Below, one piece after another: positions 39,862-54,349 of a DNA stretch of 64,000 nucleotides. Numbering within the stretch: position 1 is the stretch's first letter; each line of letters opens with the position of its first letter. The notes beneath the pieces are model-generated. The model saw only the letters and a program-made list of their open reading frames with translations. It did not search any database and was not told the origin of the DNA. A program made the position numbers and the translations under genes. Origin of the DNA: Octopus vulgaris (lineage: Eukaryota); NCBI GenBank assembly GCA_951406725.2, contig OX597830.1, forward strand, positions 44,082,001 through 44,146,000, written 5' to 3'.

Positions 39862-42439
39862 GGTATGTGTGTGTGTGTATGTATGTATATGTACAAAAAA
39901 AAAAAAAAGACGAAGGCAGGTGTATTAGTTTAACGCTGGGGAAAAATGGAAAAGTCTTTTATGTTTCGAGCCTACAATCTTCGATGGAAAGGATTAAGAG
40001 GAAAGGAATAGAAAGAGAATGAAAAGAATGGAGAGAGAAAAAAATGTGCAGAGTTCAATGGTCCAACATGGTGAGATAATTGGAAAAAAGAGGTTGAATG
40101 GAAGGGAGATAATAATAATAATAATAATAATAATAAAGGTAACGGTGACCCCCAATGAAGTAAGGTGCATAAGTGTGTGTGTGAGTGTTTGTGTGTGCAT
40201 GTGTGTGTGTGTATATATATATCATCATCATCGTTGTTTAATGTCCGTTTTCTATGCTGGTATGGTTTGGATGGTTTGACTGAGGGCTGGCAAGCCAGAA
40301 GGCTGCACCAGGCTCTAATCTGATCTGGCAAAGTTTCTACAGCTGGATGCCCTTCCTAACGCCAACCATTCCGAAAGTGTAGTGGGTGTTTTTACGTGCC
40401 ACCAGTATGAGGGCAAGTCAGGTGTTTCTGGCAACGACCACACACACACACACATGTTGGTCTGCTCACCTAGCCAGCAGGGTGGCATCATTGGAAAGCT
40501 ACAATGCAAGGAAGTACATTGTGACCGGCAATGGATGACATTTGATAGTCTGGTCATAGAATGATATCTATCAATCATCATCATCATCGTTTAACGTCCG
40601 TTCTCCATGCTAGCATGGGTTGGACGGTTCGACCGGGGATCTGGGAAGCCAGAAGGCTGCACCAGGCTCCAGTCTTATCTGGCAATGTTTCTACAGCTGG
40701 ATGCCCTTCCTAATGCCAACCACTCCGTGAGTGTAGTGGGTGCTTTTTACGTGCCACCTGCACAGGTGCCAGGCGAGGCTGGCAACGGCCACAGTCGGAT
40801 TGGTGTATTTTATGTGCCACCGGCACGGAAACCAGTCGAGGTGGCGCTGGCATTGGCCACGAGTCGGATAGTGCTTTTTATGTACCACCAGACCAGGGAT
40901 CCTGGCTGGTTCAATTCGATTTCGATTTCGCTTGCCCCAACATGTCTTCACAAGCAAAGGGGGTTGGCATGGGTGCCTGTCGTACGATTGGATTGGTGTA
41001 TTTTACATGCCACCGGCACGGAAGCCAGTGGAGACGGCGCTGGCATCGGCCACGAGTCGGATAGTGCTTTTTACGTACCACCAGACCAGGGATCCTGGCT
41101 GGTTCAATTCAATTTCGCTTTCACTTGCCCCAACATGTCTTCGCAAGCAAAGGGGGTTGGCATGGGTGCCTGTCGTCGGATGAGGTTCTATATCAACTTC
41201 GCTTGCCTCAACAGGTCTTTGTGTCCAAGAGAGGAAAGGCATTCATAAGTGGGCTGGGCGTATCTCCTTTAAGTTTGTTTATGGGAAACGTTTTTCTATA
41301 TGCATATAAAAGCTCCTGTTTTATTATACTGGCTATGGACTATGATCATGAAAAACATGTAATGCGATGCATTAAAATATTTATAAATTCCATCCATGGA
41401 TTATATTATTATTACTATGTATATCATTGCGTGTGTGGGTGTGTGTGTGTGAGTATGTCATTAGCCACTTTAACCTTTTTGTAATATTTCTGTTGAGATA
41501 CTCTATGTTTCTTTCAATTAATTCTAAATAAAAATTTAGTAAAATGACTTTGTTATCATTAAGCTAGTGTTAGGAACATAAATTGTGGCTAGGGTTTGGC
41601 AGTAGATTTTAATTCAGAACTTATGAAAACAAGACATTTGTACCACAGAGCCAGAGGTAGTCTCAGCCAGGTAGATATCGAAAGGGTTAAGAATAAGAAT
41701 GCACTCTTTGATGTCAGTCTTCAAATGAAACTCAAGTTGAGCTAATCAACCATGCTAAACTTGTCACTCATCTATATTTCATAAAATTTAAGTGAAAGAT
41801 CCAACATAGAATCTTTTAGCCTCATTTACCAAGTTGCCACTTGGTTGCAAAATACTCGTTAAAATAAGACACCAGAAATAATGTTGGTAATGGAATTGTT
41901 AGACAACATGATTTATCATATGCAGTGCAGCAACTGTCCAACATAAGAACGGTTAAACTTCATACAAATTCTTCTGGTGAGATTGGACATTATGGATAAC
42001 TTCTGAACATCCTAAGAAGTGCCTAATGAGTGGCACTGCCAGGATATGACAAGCTATGAAGGTACAGTAGTATGGAATGTATCCTGTCCAAGATGTAATA
42101 GGACAGAAGAAATTGTTCAATATATACAGAACTTGTGCACTTATGCTGGCATTAGGAAGGGCATCCAGCCATAGAAACCATGCCAAAACAGACAATTGGA
42201 GTCTGGTGCAGCCCTCCAGCCTTGCTAGCTTCTTTCAAACCACCCAACCCATGCCAGTATGGAAAATGGACATTAAATGATGATGATTTATCAATAAATT
42301 TAAAGAATTTTACAAGCAAGTATTGATAGGAATTCAAAATTTAATAAATTTAAAATTACAAAGCCTATGTATAGAACTGATATTCAAAGAATAAGTCTTA
42401 CTCTCTTTAAAAAAAAAAAAATAAATAAAGCTTTCTTAC

Positions 42440-42602
42440 CTCATTGTGTAACAAAACATACTTCAATTTGTCACCATCTAAGGCCATATCTCCGCTTTTC
42501 ACATATGCACCCCAAATATTGCTAGCAATTGTTGCTGTAACTTGGGGATCTTTGTTAGCATAGCCAGCGTAGGCTAATAAAGCCCCTTCTTGATTCAGAA
42601 GT
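42440..42602 (-). CDS. LAMTOR2: LAMTOR2 coding exon 2
   Basis: 163 nt between ag and gtaag; LLNQEGALLAYAGYANKDPQVTATIASNIWGAYVKSGDMALDGDKLKYVLLHNE (roadblock fold). Confidence 0.97.
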
Positions 42603-43130
42603 CTTAAAGAGAGAAAAAGAAGAATAAATTGCAGAAATCAATAACATTTTAAACATCACAGTTACAATATTTGTAAAGATCTTTTTACTTTGATCTGTAT
42701 GCATGCTGCATTATCCTTCAAACTGTGTTATCTCTGAGCTCTTTTACTCTTCTAATACTTCTAGAATTGCCACAGCATTGTACACTATGACAAAGGCAAA
42801 GGAGATGCCTTAGAGAGAAGTATAGAGAACCAAACTACTGAAGGTCACATTCTCCGCCATTGCTAGTTAGGTCACTTCGGTAGCAGAAGCTATCTGCCAT
42901 TTCTAAGGATCCTCCTAGGCATTTGAGAAAATCTTTTTCCTGTACATAGTGCTTATAGCTCACGACCATCTGTTAGTTACAGATATAACTTTCTATATCA
43001 GCTTCCTATCATACTATGGAAATCTCCATAGTTTCCACTGGGCACATCATATGAAATTTCTACCTATTCCTTTTCTACATGGTAAGTCAGGCTGTTTCCC
43101 TGGGAGAAGAAGAGATCTGTCAGTTTTCTA

Positions 43131-44890
43131 ACTTACTGATGATCCCAAAGTATGCGCAGAACTCACTGCTGAATGCTATGCAGACATTTTTACTGTTGTA
43201 AACCAAAATGTACCATCTCCACCACCTCTGACAACAAATTCTATAACAACTAAGGAATTTACACCTGCAAAGCTGCGACATCACCTTAAGAATAAGCGCA
43301 ATTATGCCTCTCCTGGTCTTGATGGTGTTATGTACCTGCTTCTCAAACGCAGTAGGTACTTTCTTCTACACCACCTTTCACTCTTCTTTCAATTCTGTCT
43401 TAACAATGGTGCTACTCTGGAGCAGTGGAAAAATGCCAGTCTCATTCCTCTGTTCAAAAATGATGACTGCATATTGCCTTTCAATTATGGTCCAGTCAGT
43501 CCTACTAGCTGCATTGCCAAACTGATGGAATCTTGTGTCAGAGAAATGCTCTGGAACTTCTAGAATTCTCACAGCCTTATCTGGCCCTTGCAATTTGGAT
43601 TTATCCCTAAGTCCAGCTGCTGTGGTCAACTTATCAAGTTTCTTGAAGACACCACCAGGTCACTGATGGCTGCTCATGGGTTGATGTTGTTTACCTTGAC
43701 TTTGCTAAAGCTTTTAATTCTGTGCCACACAAAAGACTTATGGCAAAACTCTGCAATGGATGTGAAAGATGATCTTTTTAACTAGCTGGAGTCATTCATT
43801 CTCAGCCGAAAAGAGGTAGTCGTGGTTCTAGGACAGCATTCTTCACCCTATGAGATGTCATCTGGTGTACCACAAGGATCTGTTCTTGGTCCCCTTTTGT
43901 TTGTTGCATACATTAATGACATAGATGCCAACTTAAAGAATGTCACAGTGCTGAAATATGCAGATGACATCAAGCTATACCTTGAGATAAAAAGGACAGA
44001 TCCTGAACACTATAGGTCTTTCCTGCAATCAGATCTAGACACAATGCAACAATGGATTATGGATAGGCAACTAAAACTGGCTTTGGACAAGTGTACCACA
44101 ATGCATTTTGGGAGGAAAATCCCAGTGTCCACATGCCTTCTCCACAACACTAATATCGTGAAGTCTTCTTGTGAACATGACCTGGGCATTACTATCAGCA
44201 GCAATTTGCGCTGAACAAAGCACATCTCTAAAATTGACAAGAAGGCTGAGAGTGTCTTAGCATCACTCAGCAAGACCTTTGTCAGCCACCCTCCAGCTAT
44301 CTATTTAAGGTTGTATATGGCTATTGTATGGCCACACTTGGAACTTGCATCACCAGTCTGGAATCCCTACCTTGCTCAGAACATTGACCTCCTGGAAACT
44401 GTTCAGAGATGTGTATCAGGCATTTACCATACTCTGAACACTTTGCTCTTCCCTGGGCATAGTCTGGCAACTGACTTAGCAAGCGCCCACTAAATTATTA
44501 ACCATTGTGCCAATAACCACCTTGAGCACCTTTTTGAAATCCATGAGTGTAACACATGTGGGAATGACTACAAAGTCAGAAAACAGCATGCTCCCATGAC
44601 TTTTGGAAATATTTTTTCACATTCAGGGATACTGAAGCATGGAACAAACTACTTGCATCAGTTGCTAGCTGCTGAGACATTGCATTCTGTAAAACCTCCA
44701 TGCTTCCTGAAATTTGCTAACATTACACCTGATATTCCCACCCTCCATACGCATGCACACATGTATATCATGACCCATACACTGTTCACTTTCCTGACAT
44801 TTGTACATAATCCTATGTACTGTACATGTACCTTTGATAAGTTGTAGTGCATCTGAGCACTTTACACAATAATTTCATTATTATAATTTA
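43131..44890 (+). mobile_element. 5'-truncated CR1-like LINE (RT domain, pseudogenised) in LAMTOR2 intron 1, antisense to the gene
   Basis: NYGPVSPTSCIAKLMES, SGVPQGSVLGPLLFVAYINDI, YADDIKLY, WPHLELASPVWNPY; (ATT)n-like tail; stops and frameshifts. Confidence 0.92.
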
Positions 44891-47800
44891 ATTCAACAGA
44901 TTCAGCTGTTACGACAAGGTCATCAGCATAAAGGTGCTTTCATGGGTAATCAATTTTAAACTCTTTAATTATGGCTGGGACGACTATGATTTATAGGAGG
45001 GGACCAAGAACAGATCCCTGTTAAACTATCTGCACACACCACTCATTCACTATTAATTCTCACCTTATTGACAGTATCTCTGAACATGGCTATTATGGCA
45101 CTCACAAGAAGGCTCACCACAGTTGGACGAATGCTACGTACAGTAACTTACTTTTAGCTAAGTATTTCTGCAGTTTTTTCATTGGGAAGAGAGCATCTAC
45201 AGTACTTTTTCTTGGCAAAAAACCTAACTGTATCTCATCTAATCTAATTACTGTCTCTCTCTCTCTCTCTCTCTCTCTTTAATAACCAACTATCATTTTT
45301 TATAACTTCATTGACCTGGTCCATATAAAGATGTAATTCATCACAAAGTTCACTCATTGTGCAGTGTAGTATATTAAATGAAAATCAAGTTCTAATGTAA
45401 GAAAAGCAACAAAATTTCAAGTCAAAGTTCAATGTTAGAAATCTGACACATTTAAGTAAACAAAACTGAAAAGACATAAACAGAAAGCAAAATCATAACA
45501 GAAAAAGTAAAAAATAACATTTAACCTGTTAGCATTTAAACCAGCCAAATCTGGCCCAAATATTCTACTAGCTTTATGTTCCAACAAGTCAGACCTGATC
45601 TTTCATGCCTACCCTACAATGCCATTCTAAAAATAAGCAATCACATCATTGAAATCTCAGAGTTATGAGATAATGCATGATTGATTCAAAACAATGTCAA
45701 TAATTAAACATTACATTTGACAAAATAATCTGAATTATGTTAAATGTTGTCATTGTTCTGTTAGCAAAAATATTACTTCAGACTAAATCTTCATCATCCT
45801 CCTCTTCATCATTATTTAATGTCTCTGTCTTCCACACTAGCATAGGTCAAATGGTTTCACAGGAGCTGATAAACTATGCTCCAATGTCTGCTTTGGCATG
45901 GTTTTTACAACTGGATGCCCTTCCTAATGCCACTTTACAGAGTGGACTGGGTGCTTCTTACATGGCACCAACACTGGTGAGGTCATCATATATCTTGCAA
46001 GACAAAGATCCCTCGACTGAGAGGAGGAGTGGTATTGAAAGAGGACGGCTTTGTGCCAAGTGACAAGAGGTATAACAAGGGTACAGAAACAGGGGTCTTG
46101 CTGTAGAGGAGATACATGGTTACCCCAGTCTTAAGTTTTGTTCTTTGTATGAAATAAATTCTACGAGACTTGAATTTTATCACTTTGGGGTTTAATAAAA
46201 TAGAAATGCCAAGTAATGTGACTGGTTGACATGCCTACACCTTCCTCCCACAGGTGCAGTCAGGAATTTTTCGAAGGAAAGGCACAAGGTCAGAAGGGAA
46301 TACAGTTCCAGTAAAAAAGGGCAAAACAACATTATTTAGAAGGGCGCACTTCTTTTCTTGAGTGGGGTACGTGCCCCTTTAGTCCGCCCCTGTCTCATAT
46401 TTGTAGCCTTGTGACAATGTACAAATTGCTATTAGTATTATCAAATCACTGAAGATTTTGCCTAACAATGTAGTTTTAAACAGGCACCATTTGATTTGTA
46501 TTTATACTGCAAAGGGATTATTTTACCGAAACATGAATATTCTAAGTGGGGGGTGTTGACTTTTAACTAAAAGCCTTTTTGGTTATTAAATCTTAACAAG
46601 TGAATTACTAAATCCGATCATTATTAAAAACCAGAATCACAAAAGAAATGGATTCGTTAGATTTTGGGAGTTTAAAAAGAGTAAATGAATTTGTTGAGTT
46701 AGATTTGGATTCAATTCTTTTATGGAAAGTGACGGGAAAAAAAGAAGTTACAAGTAGTCGTGTTGCCCGAGTTTAGTTCCGATTCAGCAAACCAATTATT
46801 AAAAATCTTTCGAGACACTAACACACCGGTTCATTTTCAGGAATAATGAATCTTAGGATAATATATAACGTGCCTTTTCCACCGTTATGACGTTAGAGCA
46901 TGAGTTGACGGAAATTTAGCTGCTATTTCTAGCAGGTTGAGTTACCACGTTGAAACTCCGTCGTTCGCTTTAACGTTACTTTTGTTCGATTCTTAGTTCA
47001 AAATAAAATCCATTAAAATATATCTGCCCAGATCATTCATCGTTTCAATAGTAGTAATTTTTCATAGACTCACAGAGATTTATAATTCAAGTACATGCTT
47101 TGTTTTAACTGCGGAAATTATTCAAGTGATTCTAACAAATGACTGCACACACCCAAATAGACAAACAACGGAATTACCGGTCTTATTAGCACTCCGACTA
47201 TTGATTAATAAGTGTTTTTCGAAGAAATGCTTTTGTGATATATATTTTCCCATTCACTAATTAGAAGACTAGATTATGTCATCGTTCCGTTCGTATGTTA
47301 CTCGCAGTTAAAATATAAGATAACAAGCGAATCCAGAAATAGCAACGAACAGAAACGCCACATGACCTGGAACACGGGGCGAAAACAGAATAAGATCAAT
47401 TTATATAGCTTTCTTTGAAACTATACCTCTGCCAAGTAATCAAAATCATCACGGGATTGGAATGGACTTTCAGGAATGAAAACGTTAAAGTAAAAAGTTA
47501 GAACACATTCGACAAATCTTCCTGCGTAGCAAACTCCATATACACTGACAAAAAAGGTCTAGTTGAAATAAAAGACGGAATTTAATTAGCAATTGTTAAA
47601 ATTTGATCAATCTAATTGTTTTGGCTACAAAACACGAGGAATTATGAGAAATCTTAGACATAGTTTCAAGACAGGGAAATGTGCTTCGTGAATGAAAAAT
47701 ATTTTTCATGACTAAAATATCAACTGTAAAAAAATTAGCGAATAAAAACTTAAAAAGCATCGAGACATTCACGTGCTTAAATGCTTGAATAAGATAGTTT

Positions 47801-48216
47801 TTTTTTTCTTTTCTTTTTTGGTAATTAAATTAGCAAGAAATGGACAAATATAGGAAACACTCCTAACAATCTAACGCTTGAAGCGTGTACTAGGTGTCTT
47901 CAGGTTTTGTAACCAAAAACTTAAGGGCTACTATATCTGGTAATAATAGATCTTCAGCATATGATTCCCCCCACAAACATTTTGCGAATAATAAAAAATA
48001 AGGAAATAAATTATTGAAACGGTAGAGGTGGTTGAAATGTGTCTGGATTATTGGAAATAACACGGAGGAATCCATTAGCATAAGAAAGTGACAGCAATGA
48101 CGATGTAGGGAAAGAGAGATGACAACTCGACATAAAATGTTCATGAAATACTAAAACCAGTTTTCTTGTATAAATAATTTAAAAGAAACTATTTAATTAG
48201 TCAAAAATATACTTAC

Positions 48217-48284
48217 AAAGTACTCTGAACTCCAGAAGTATTCACTTGACGGAGAACTTCGGTTAAAACTTTAGGTTTCAGCAT
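48217..48284 (-). CDS. LAMTOR2: LAMTOR2 (Ragulator p14/ROBLD3) coding exon 1
   Basis: MLKPKVLTEVLRQVNTSGVQST(L) matches the LAMTOR2 N-terminus; 68 nt followed by a gtaagt donor. Confidence 0.97.
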
Positions 48285-48400
48285 TGCGCCGTCTGCCTGC
48301 AACATAAACAGAATGTCAACTTCCGCTTTTCAGCAGGAAATACTCGTTTACAGAATCTAGCATTCCAGAATATATAAGTTTCTATTCCATTATTCTGGTT
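48285..48400 (-). promoter_or_regulatory. LAMTOR2 proximal promoter / 5'UTR with ETS-type CGGAAGT motif
   Basis: acttccg at 48319-48325, just upstream of the ATG; lies in a locally CpG-retaining stretch. Confidence 0.45.
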
Positions 48401-48911
48401 TTGCTTATTCGTTTAAACTAACTTACATTTCTTCACCGAAACTACTTCATTAGTTCTTTCTGTCATTCATTTTATTTATTTATTTATTTAGTCATTCATT
48501 CTTTTTATTTATTTATTTAGTCATTCATTTATTCATCCATTTACTTATTTTCATCTTAAAGCAAATTGGTCGTAATGTAAAGATGAAAAAAATTTGAATA
48601 ACTGAATGACAGTCGTTGGTTAATTAAAGACACAAAAAAATTGATATATTTTGACGGAAGTGATATTTCAATCATTTTAAAGCAAAAAGTCAAACAGGTG
48701 TGAATTTTACTTTCTGCAAGAGTAGAAGGGTATGGATGACACGAAATAAAAGTTTTCACGAAATGCCAATCTTTAAATACAATTATCAAATTGTTTATTT
48801 AGCATGTTTGTTGATTTTTTTTTATTCACTGAGATTGGCTAACGAGGCAGGACCCTTTAGCAGGCCCTCCAAGACCTGTGAGTTTGATGCCCTTAATATT
48901 TCGTTTAAAAA

Positions 48912-49537
48912 GGCAGACACGTTAGCACGCCGGGCGAAATGCTTAGCGGTATTTTGTCTGCCGCCGCCGAGGTCGACTTTGCCTTTCATCCTTTCGGGGT
49001 CGATAAATTAAGTACCAGTGAAACACTGGGTCGATAATAATCGACTTAATCCGTTTGTCTGTCCTTGTTTGTCCTCTCTGTGTTTAGCCCCTTGTGGGTA
49101 GTAAAGAAATAGGTATTTCGTCTGCTGCAGGGCGGCGATCTGGCAGACACGTTAGCACGCCGGGCGAAATGCTTAGCGGTATTTCGTCTGCCGTTACGTT
49201 CTGAGTTCAAATTCCGCCGAGGTCGACTTTGCTTTTCATCCTTTCAGGATCGATTAAATAAGTACCAGTTACGAACTGGGGTCGATATACTCGACTTAAT
49301 CCGTTTGTCTGTCCTTGTTTGTCCTCTCTGTGTTTAGCCCCTTGTGGGTAGTAAAGAAATAGGTATTTTGTCTGTCTTTACATTCTGGGTTCATGGCTAA
49401 ATTCCGCCGAGGTCGACTTAGCCTTTCATCTTCTCGGGGTCGATAAATTAAGTACTAGTTGCGTACTGCGTTCGATCTAATCGATTGACCCTCTTCTCCC
49501 AAAATTCCGGACCTTATGCCAAGAGTAGAAAAGAATA
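48912..49537 (+). mobile_element. Tandem trimer of family-C tRNA-derived SINE
   Basis: Three consecutive near-identical units (ccgccgaggtcgacttt.cctttcatc...aagtaccagt...). Confidence 0.9.
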
Positions 49538-50378
49538 TTCTGTTTAAAGTGTTGCAAGTCAACGTTTTCAAGAAAGACATGAAGAGGGAGTATATTTCAG
49601 GGAGAGAGGTGTAGGGGATATCAACTACGCTACAGAGCTATCATCTGGAAGGAAAAAGGAAAAGGGATTGAGCACAGAGATTGATGCAAAGGTTCTAGGA
49701 TGCTGGTCACAACACGATTGATGAGAAGTAAAGAGATAACTTCGAAGGACAGAGGCTTTTGTAAACAATCAACTCCGTCCAAGGGCCCGAGAACAGGAGG
49801 TGCAAGGGGGTGCGAGCGCATCCCCTAAAATTTTTAGCAGGTGCAAAATCGAAATTTGCACCCACTACATACTTTACCAAGTTTAGAAAATAGTGTCTAA
49901 AAATTGATCTGCAAAAAGTTTCTTCAAGTTAGGTTCCTTCTCAAAACAAGAACAAATAACAAAAATACATAAAATGTAAAAGAGTCCAGAATGTTTACTG
50001 ATGAATCTGGTCATAAAATTCTCAAGGGAATTCTCTAGAAAAACACACTATTGAACTAAAAGTATGACCACCAGTACGGCTACTCTTCAAAACTAGCACA
50101 ATTGATGACCTATTAAACTCCACAATGAAAAGCCCTTCACTGTCCAGCTCTCCACACTCTTCATTTTCTCTGAATGCTACAACTGACCCATCATCATCAT
50201 CATCATCATCATAAACCAGGGACAAAACATGCAATTCGTACAAGCAGCACCAGCCAAAGCCAAACACACATCTTACACCGCTGCCACTGTACCCACCACC
50301 ACCCTCCTCCACCACTTGTATGCGATTTTTCAAATTGCTACCTTCTGTGCAATTTTTAAAATTCAATTTGTCTGTTTC

Positions 50379-50452
<74 letters not shown>

Positions 50453-50675
50453 CTCTTATCTTCTTTTACATGTTTCAGTCATTTGACAGCGGTCATGCTG
50501 GAGCACCGCCTTTAGTCGAACAAATCGACCCCAGGACTTATTCTTTGTAAGTATAGTACTTATTCTGTCGATCTCTTTTTCCGAACCGCTAAATTTCAGG
50601 GACATAAACACACCTGCATCGGTTGTCAAGCGATGGTGGTGGTGGTGGTGGTGGTGGGATAAACGTAAGTACAAA

Positions 50676-50711
<36 letters not shown>

Positions 50712-51020
50712 ATATATATGTATATATATATACACGACGGGCTTCTTTCAGTTTCCGTCTACCAATTCCACTCACAAGGCTTTAGTCAGCCTGAGGTTAT
50801 GGTAGAAGACACTTGCACAAGATGGCACGCAGTGAGACTGAACCTGGAACCATGTGGTTGGGAAGCAAGCTTCTTACCACACAGGCACGCCTGTGCCTAT
50901 TCTTACCACACAGCTAGTGTTAGAACACATACACTGCCAGGTGTTCTATCTATATATGTGTATGTATGTATGTATGTATGTATGTATGTATGTATGTATG
51001 TATGTGTTTGTGTGTGTGTT

Positions 51021-51065
<45 letters not shown>

Positions 51066-51066
<1 letters not shown>

Positions 51067-52483
51067 ACAGCCACGTATATTTTCATTACTGGTGACTTCA
51101 ATTACCCTGAAATTGAATGGGAAACTTTTAGTTGGCCGCAAAGCACAGACGATTTCCTTGATGTAGTGCTGGATGCAAACTGGTCCCAGGTAGTCACATT
51201 CCCCACAAAAGGTAATAACACTTTGGACCTGCTCTTTACTACCACTCCTGAAACTGTTATCAGTGTTACGACGAAAGAACTTCTAGGAGACTCCGATCAT
51301 GCTGTGATCATTGCCAATCTGTCTCTTATTGGCAGAAACAAGAAGCGCTACCATCTTGAAACCACTCGCTTTGACTGGAACAAAGCAGACTGGAACTGTT
51401 ACCGTAAGGAGTTACGCCGTCCAACTGGTTTGAATTTTACGATTCAGAGGACGTCAATACTGTTTTCCAAAATATCCTCAGTGCAATCTGGGCTGCAGGT
51501 GAAGCGTCACTACCGTGCAAACACTCTAGAAATAAAAACAGTGCAATTTGGAAGACTGCAGTAGTTCGACTTGCCAGGAAAGATCGTCGTGAAGCTGAAC
51601 AGAAATACAGATAGCATAGAACAAATGAGAACAGAAGAAAATGCAACAGATCATCCAACCGTCTCAAGCAAGTGACAAAAAAGGCAGTGCTTGAGTTTGA
51701 ACGACGTATATCAATTAGCCTGACAGCAAAGTGTTCTGGAAATATATGCGTTCAAAACAGAAACCTCACTCCCAGAGGGCCCTCTTCACAATCCCGACAC
51801 AGGTCGGATAACTGATGACCCCAAGGAATGCGCTGAGCTTATTGCCGAATGCTATGCTCGCATTTTTACTGCTGAAAATCCCAATGTACCTTCTTCATTA
51901 ACTCTGAAATCAAGTTCCGTAACATCTGTGAAATTCACACACACACAATGCTGTGACGCCACCTCAAGAATAAGCGCAACTATGCCTCTCCTGGTCTTGA
52001 TGGTGTTACTTATTTGCTTCTCAAACATGGTAGGTTCTTTCTATTGCACCAGCTCTCTTCCTTTTTTCAATTCTAACTTTGTCACTCCAGAGCACTGGAA
52101 AATTGCCAGAGTTGTTCCTCTTCAAAAAAGGTGATCGCACATTACCTGTCAACTACCGTCCAGTCAGCCTTACAAGCTGCATCGCAAAACTGATGAAGTC
52201 CTGCGTCGGAGAAACACTCTGGAACTTTTGGAGCTCTCACTGCCTTATTCGACCCTCACAATTTGGTTTTATCCCTGACTCAAACTGCTGTAGTCAACTC
52301 ATCGAGTTTTTTTTAGGACATCACCCGAGTTACTGATGGTGGCTCATGGGTAGATACTGTCTACCTTGATTTTGCTAAAGCCTTCAACTCTGTGCCACAC
52401 AAACGACTCATGGTAAAACTCTCTGCAGTGTGTGTGAAGGATGCTCTCCATAACTGGCTGAAGTCCTTCATTCTCGGTCTAAG
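51066..52483 (+). mobile_element. CR1-like LINE fragment (EEP endonuclease C-terminal half plus RT N-terminal part), same family as 43131-44890
   Basis: ITGDFNYPEIEW...FPTKGNNTLDLL...GDSDHAVI; NYRPVSLTSCIAKLM; YLDFAKAFNSVPHKRL. Confidence 0.92.
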
Positions 52484-53295
52484 TAATGTTATTCTGTCCT
52501 TTTCTCTTGAAATTGTATTCCCTTCTGACCTTGCGCCCTCCCAACGAAAAATTGATGGAATCGCGCCTGGTAGGTAGGTTGGTAGGTAGGCAGGTTGGTA
52601 GGTATGCATGCATGTATGTATGGCAGTGATGTGCTGATGCACTTCTGAAGATGAACTTGGTAACTGTTCAAAGATATCTCTTCTGTATTATAGATTACAT
52701 TTCAATGTTACCTTTGTTATAATAAGTTTTAATTAATTATTTATAAATGCTCATTTCTTAATTAGGCACAAAACCTCAATGTAGGCAGTGTATGGTTGAT
52801 TAGATTGACTGCAATACTCAACAAAAATTTATTTATCGATCCAATAAAAACGAGCTTAGGACATATAATAAGGTGCTAATTACCACAAGATATTTTTAAT
52901 AATATATAAGTATTGATAAATATATACATTCTACCACCAAAAGGATGATCATTCAATCAGGGGATAATTGATGACGAATCCTAAACAATAGCTGACTGTA
53001 TGAACCATTCAATATGTTATAAACTATTCGGTATTTTACGAACCACATGGTTCCAAGTTCTTCATGTAATGCCCCAAGGAGCTTATTCTCAAACCCAACT
53101 AGACGTCCTGTTCGATCTTCATCTTCAAGGCTGAAATCTCCACTTCTGAATTATACAAACCATCTTCTGCAATTTCTTTCATTCAGGCATTCTTTCCCAT
53201 AAACTGAGTGTATGCTTCGAGTCGCGTCGGCTGTAGAGTTTCCCTTTTTGTACTCATAAAGCATTATGTGCCTCAAATGCTCTTTGGATACTTCT

Positions 53296-53912
53296 GCGCA
53301 TCGTCGCTTTCCCGTTCCGACTCAGGTGTAGCAGGCCGCTGGGGATCCGAAAGATGGCGATCCACGCCCGGTCAGGACGAAGTCAGAGGAAACTCTGGAA
53401 GTCCGAAGCGCCTCTGACGTGCAAATCGATCATCGTAACCGTGTGTGGGGGCAAAGACCAATCGAGCCGTCTAGTAGCAGGTTCCCTCCAAAGTTTCCCT
53501 CAGGATAGCTGGCGCCAGCGGGAGAACGACTCGCAATTCTGCCTGGTAAAGCGAATGATTGGAGGCCCAGGGGACATTGACAGCCTCGATCTACTCTCGA
53601 ACTCGGAACGGACGAAACGGGCCTCTCCTCTCCCTATCGGAGGCGGCCGTATATCACAGCCATTGCGACGCGACGAATGCACGGTGCCAAGTGGGCCAGT
53701 TTTGGTAAGCAGATCTGGTGATGTGGGATGAACCGAACGTCCGGCTAAGGGGCCCTAAGCTTCGGCATTAGATCCCCGAAAGGGTATCGGTCGATATAGA
53801 CAGCAGGACGGTGCGACAGAAGTCGGAAATTCGCTCGGGAGTGTGTAACAACTTACCTGCCGAATCAACCGGCCCAGAAAATGGATGGCGCTGGAGCGAG
53901 CAACCGATGCTG
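53296..53912 (+). pseudogene. Isolated ~620-bp 28S (LSU) rRNA fragment
   Basis: Conserved LSU blocks ccgaaagatgg, agaggaaactctgg, ctgacgtgcaaatcg, gtttccctcaggatagctgg, ggtaaagcgaatgatt, ttttggtaagcaga, gagtgtgtaacaact.acctgccgaatcaac, aaaatggatggcgct. No flanking rDNA. Confidence 0.9.
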
Positions 53913-54349
53913 GTGAAAAGTAACAACCACATACAATCACCAAACATCCCTATTACTTAATCCCGTTCAAGTTAACCCTCTTCACCTTTACACCTGATAT
54001 AAAAAAAAACTACGAGGAAAAGGCAACCATTTTAATTAAGCAAAAAAAAAAAGAGAAAATTAATTGCTATTAAAACGCTTGAAATTTGGGGGTTAATAAT
54101 CTTAATCTTTAGTTACAGTTTATCATTAAAACTACATAATAGGCAGAATTGTCGGATTAAGACAGTAGGATGTTTTGAGGGAGATTTGGCTGTTATTTCT
54201 ACCAGGTCTACCTACCATGTAGAGCTCTCCCCCATTGGCTTATACATACATATATACATAAACTCGAAATAAAATACTTAAAGTAACAGGCGTCAAATAC
54301 AAAAACCAACGTCTATGCAGTACAATGCAGTACAATTTTTTGCCATATG

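Noticed and set aside
38695-41484. ORFs such as MLAWVGRFDR...LQLDALPNANH (148-213 aa)
   Set aside because: Read-through of recurrent SINE sequence, seen in many copies on both strands.
53208-53943. Protein ORFs and a functional rDNA locus
   Set aside because: The ORFs overlie a GC-rich 28S fragment; the rest of the rDNA unit is absent.
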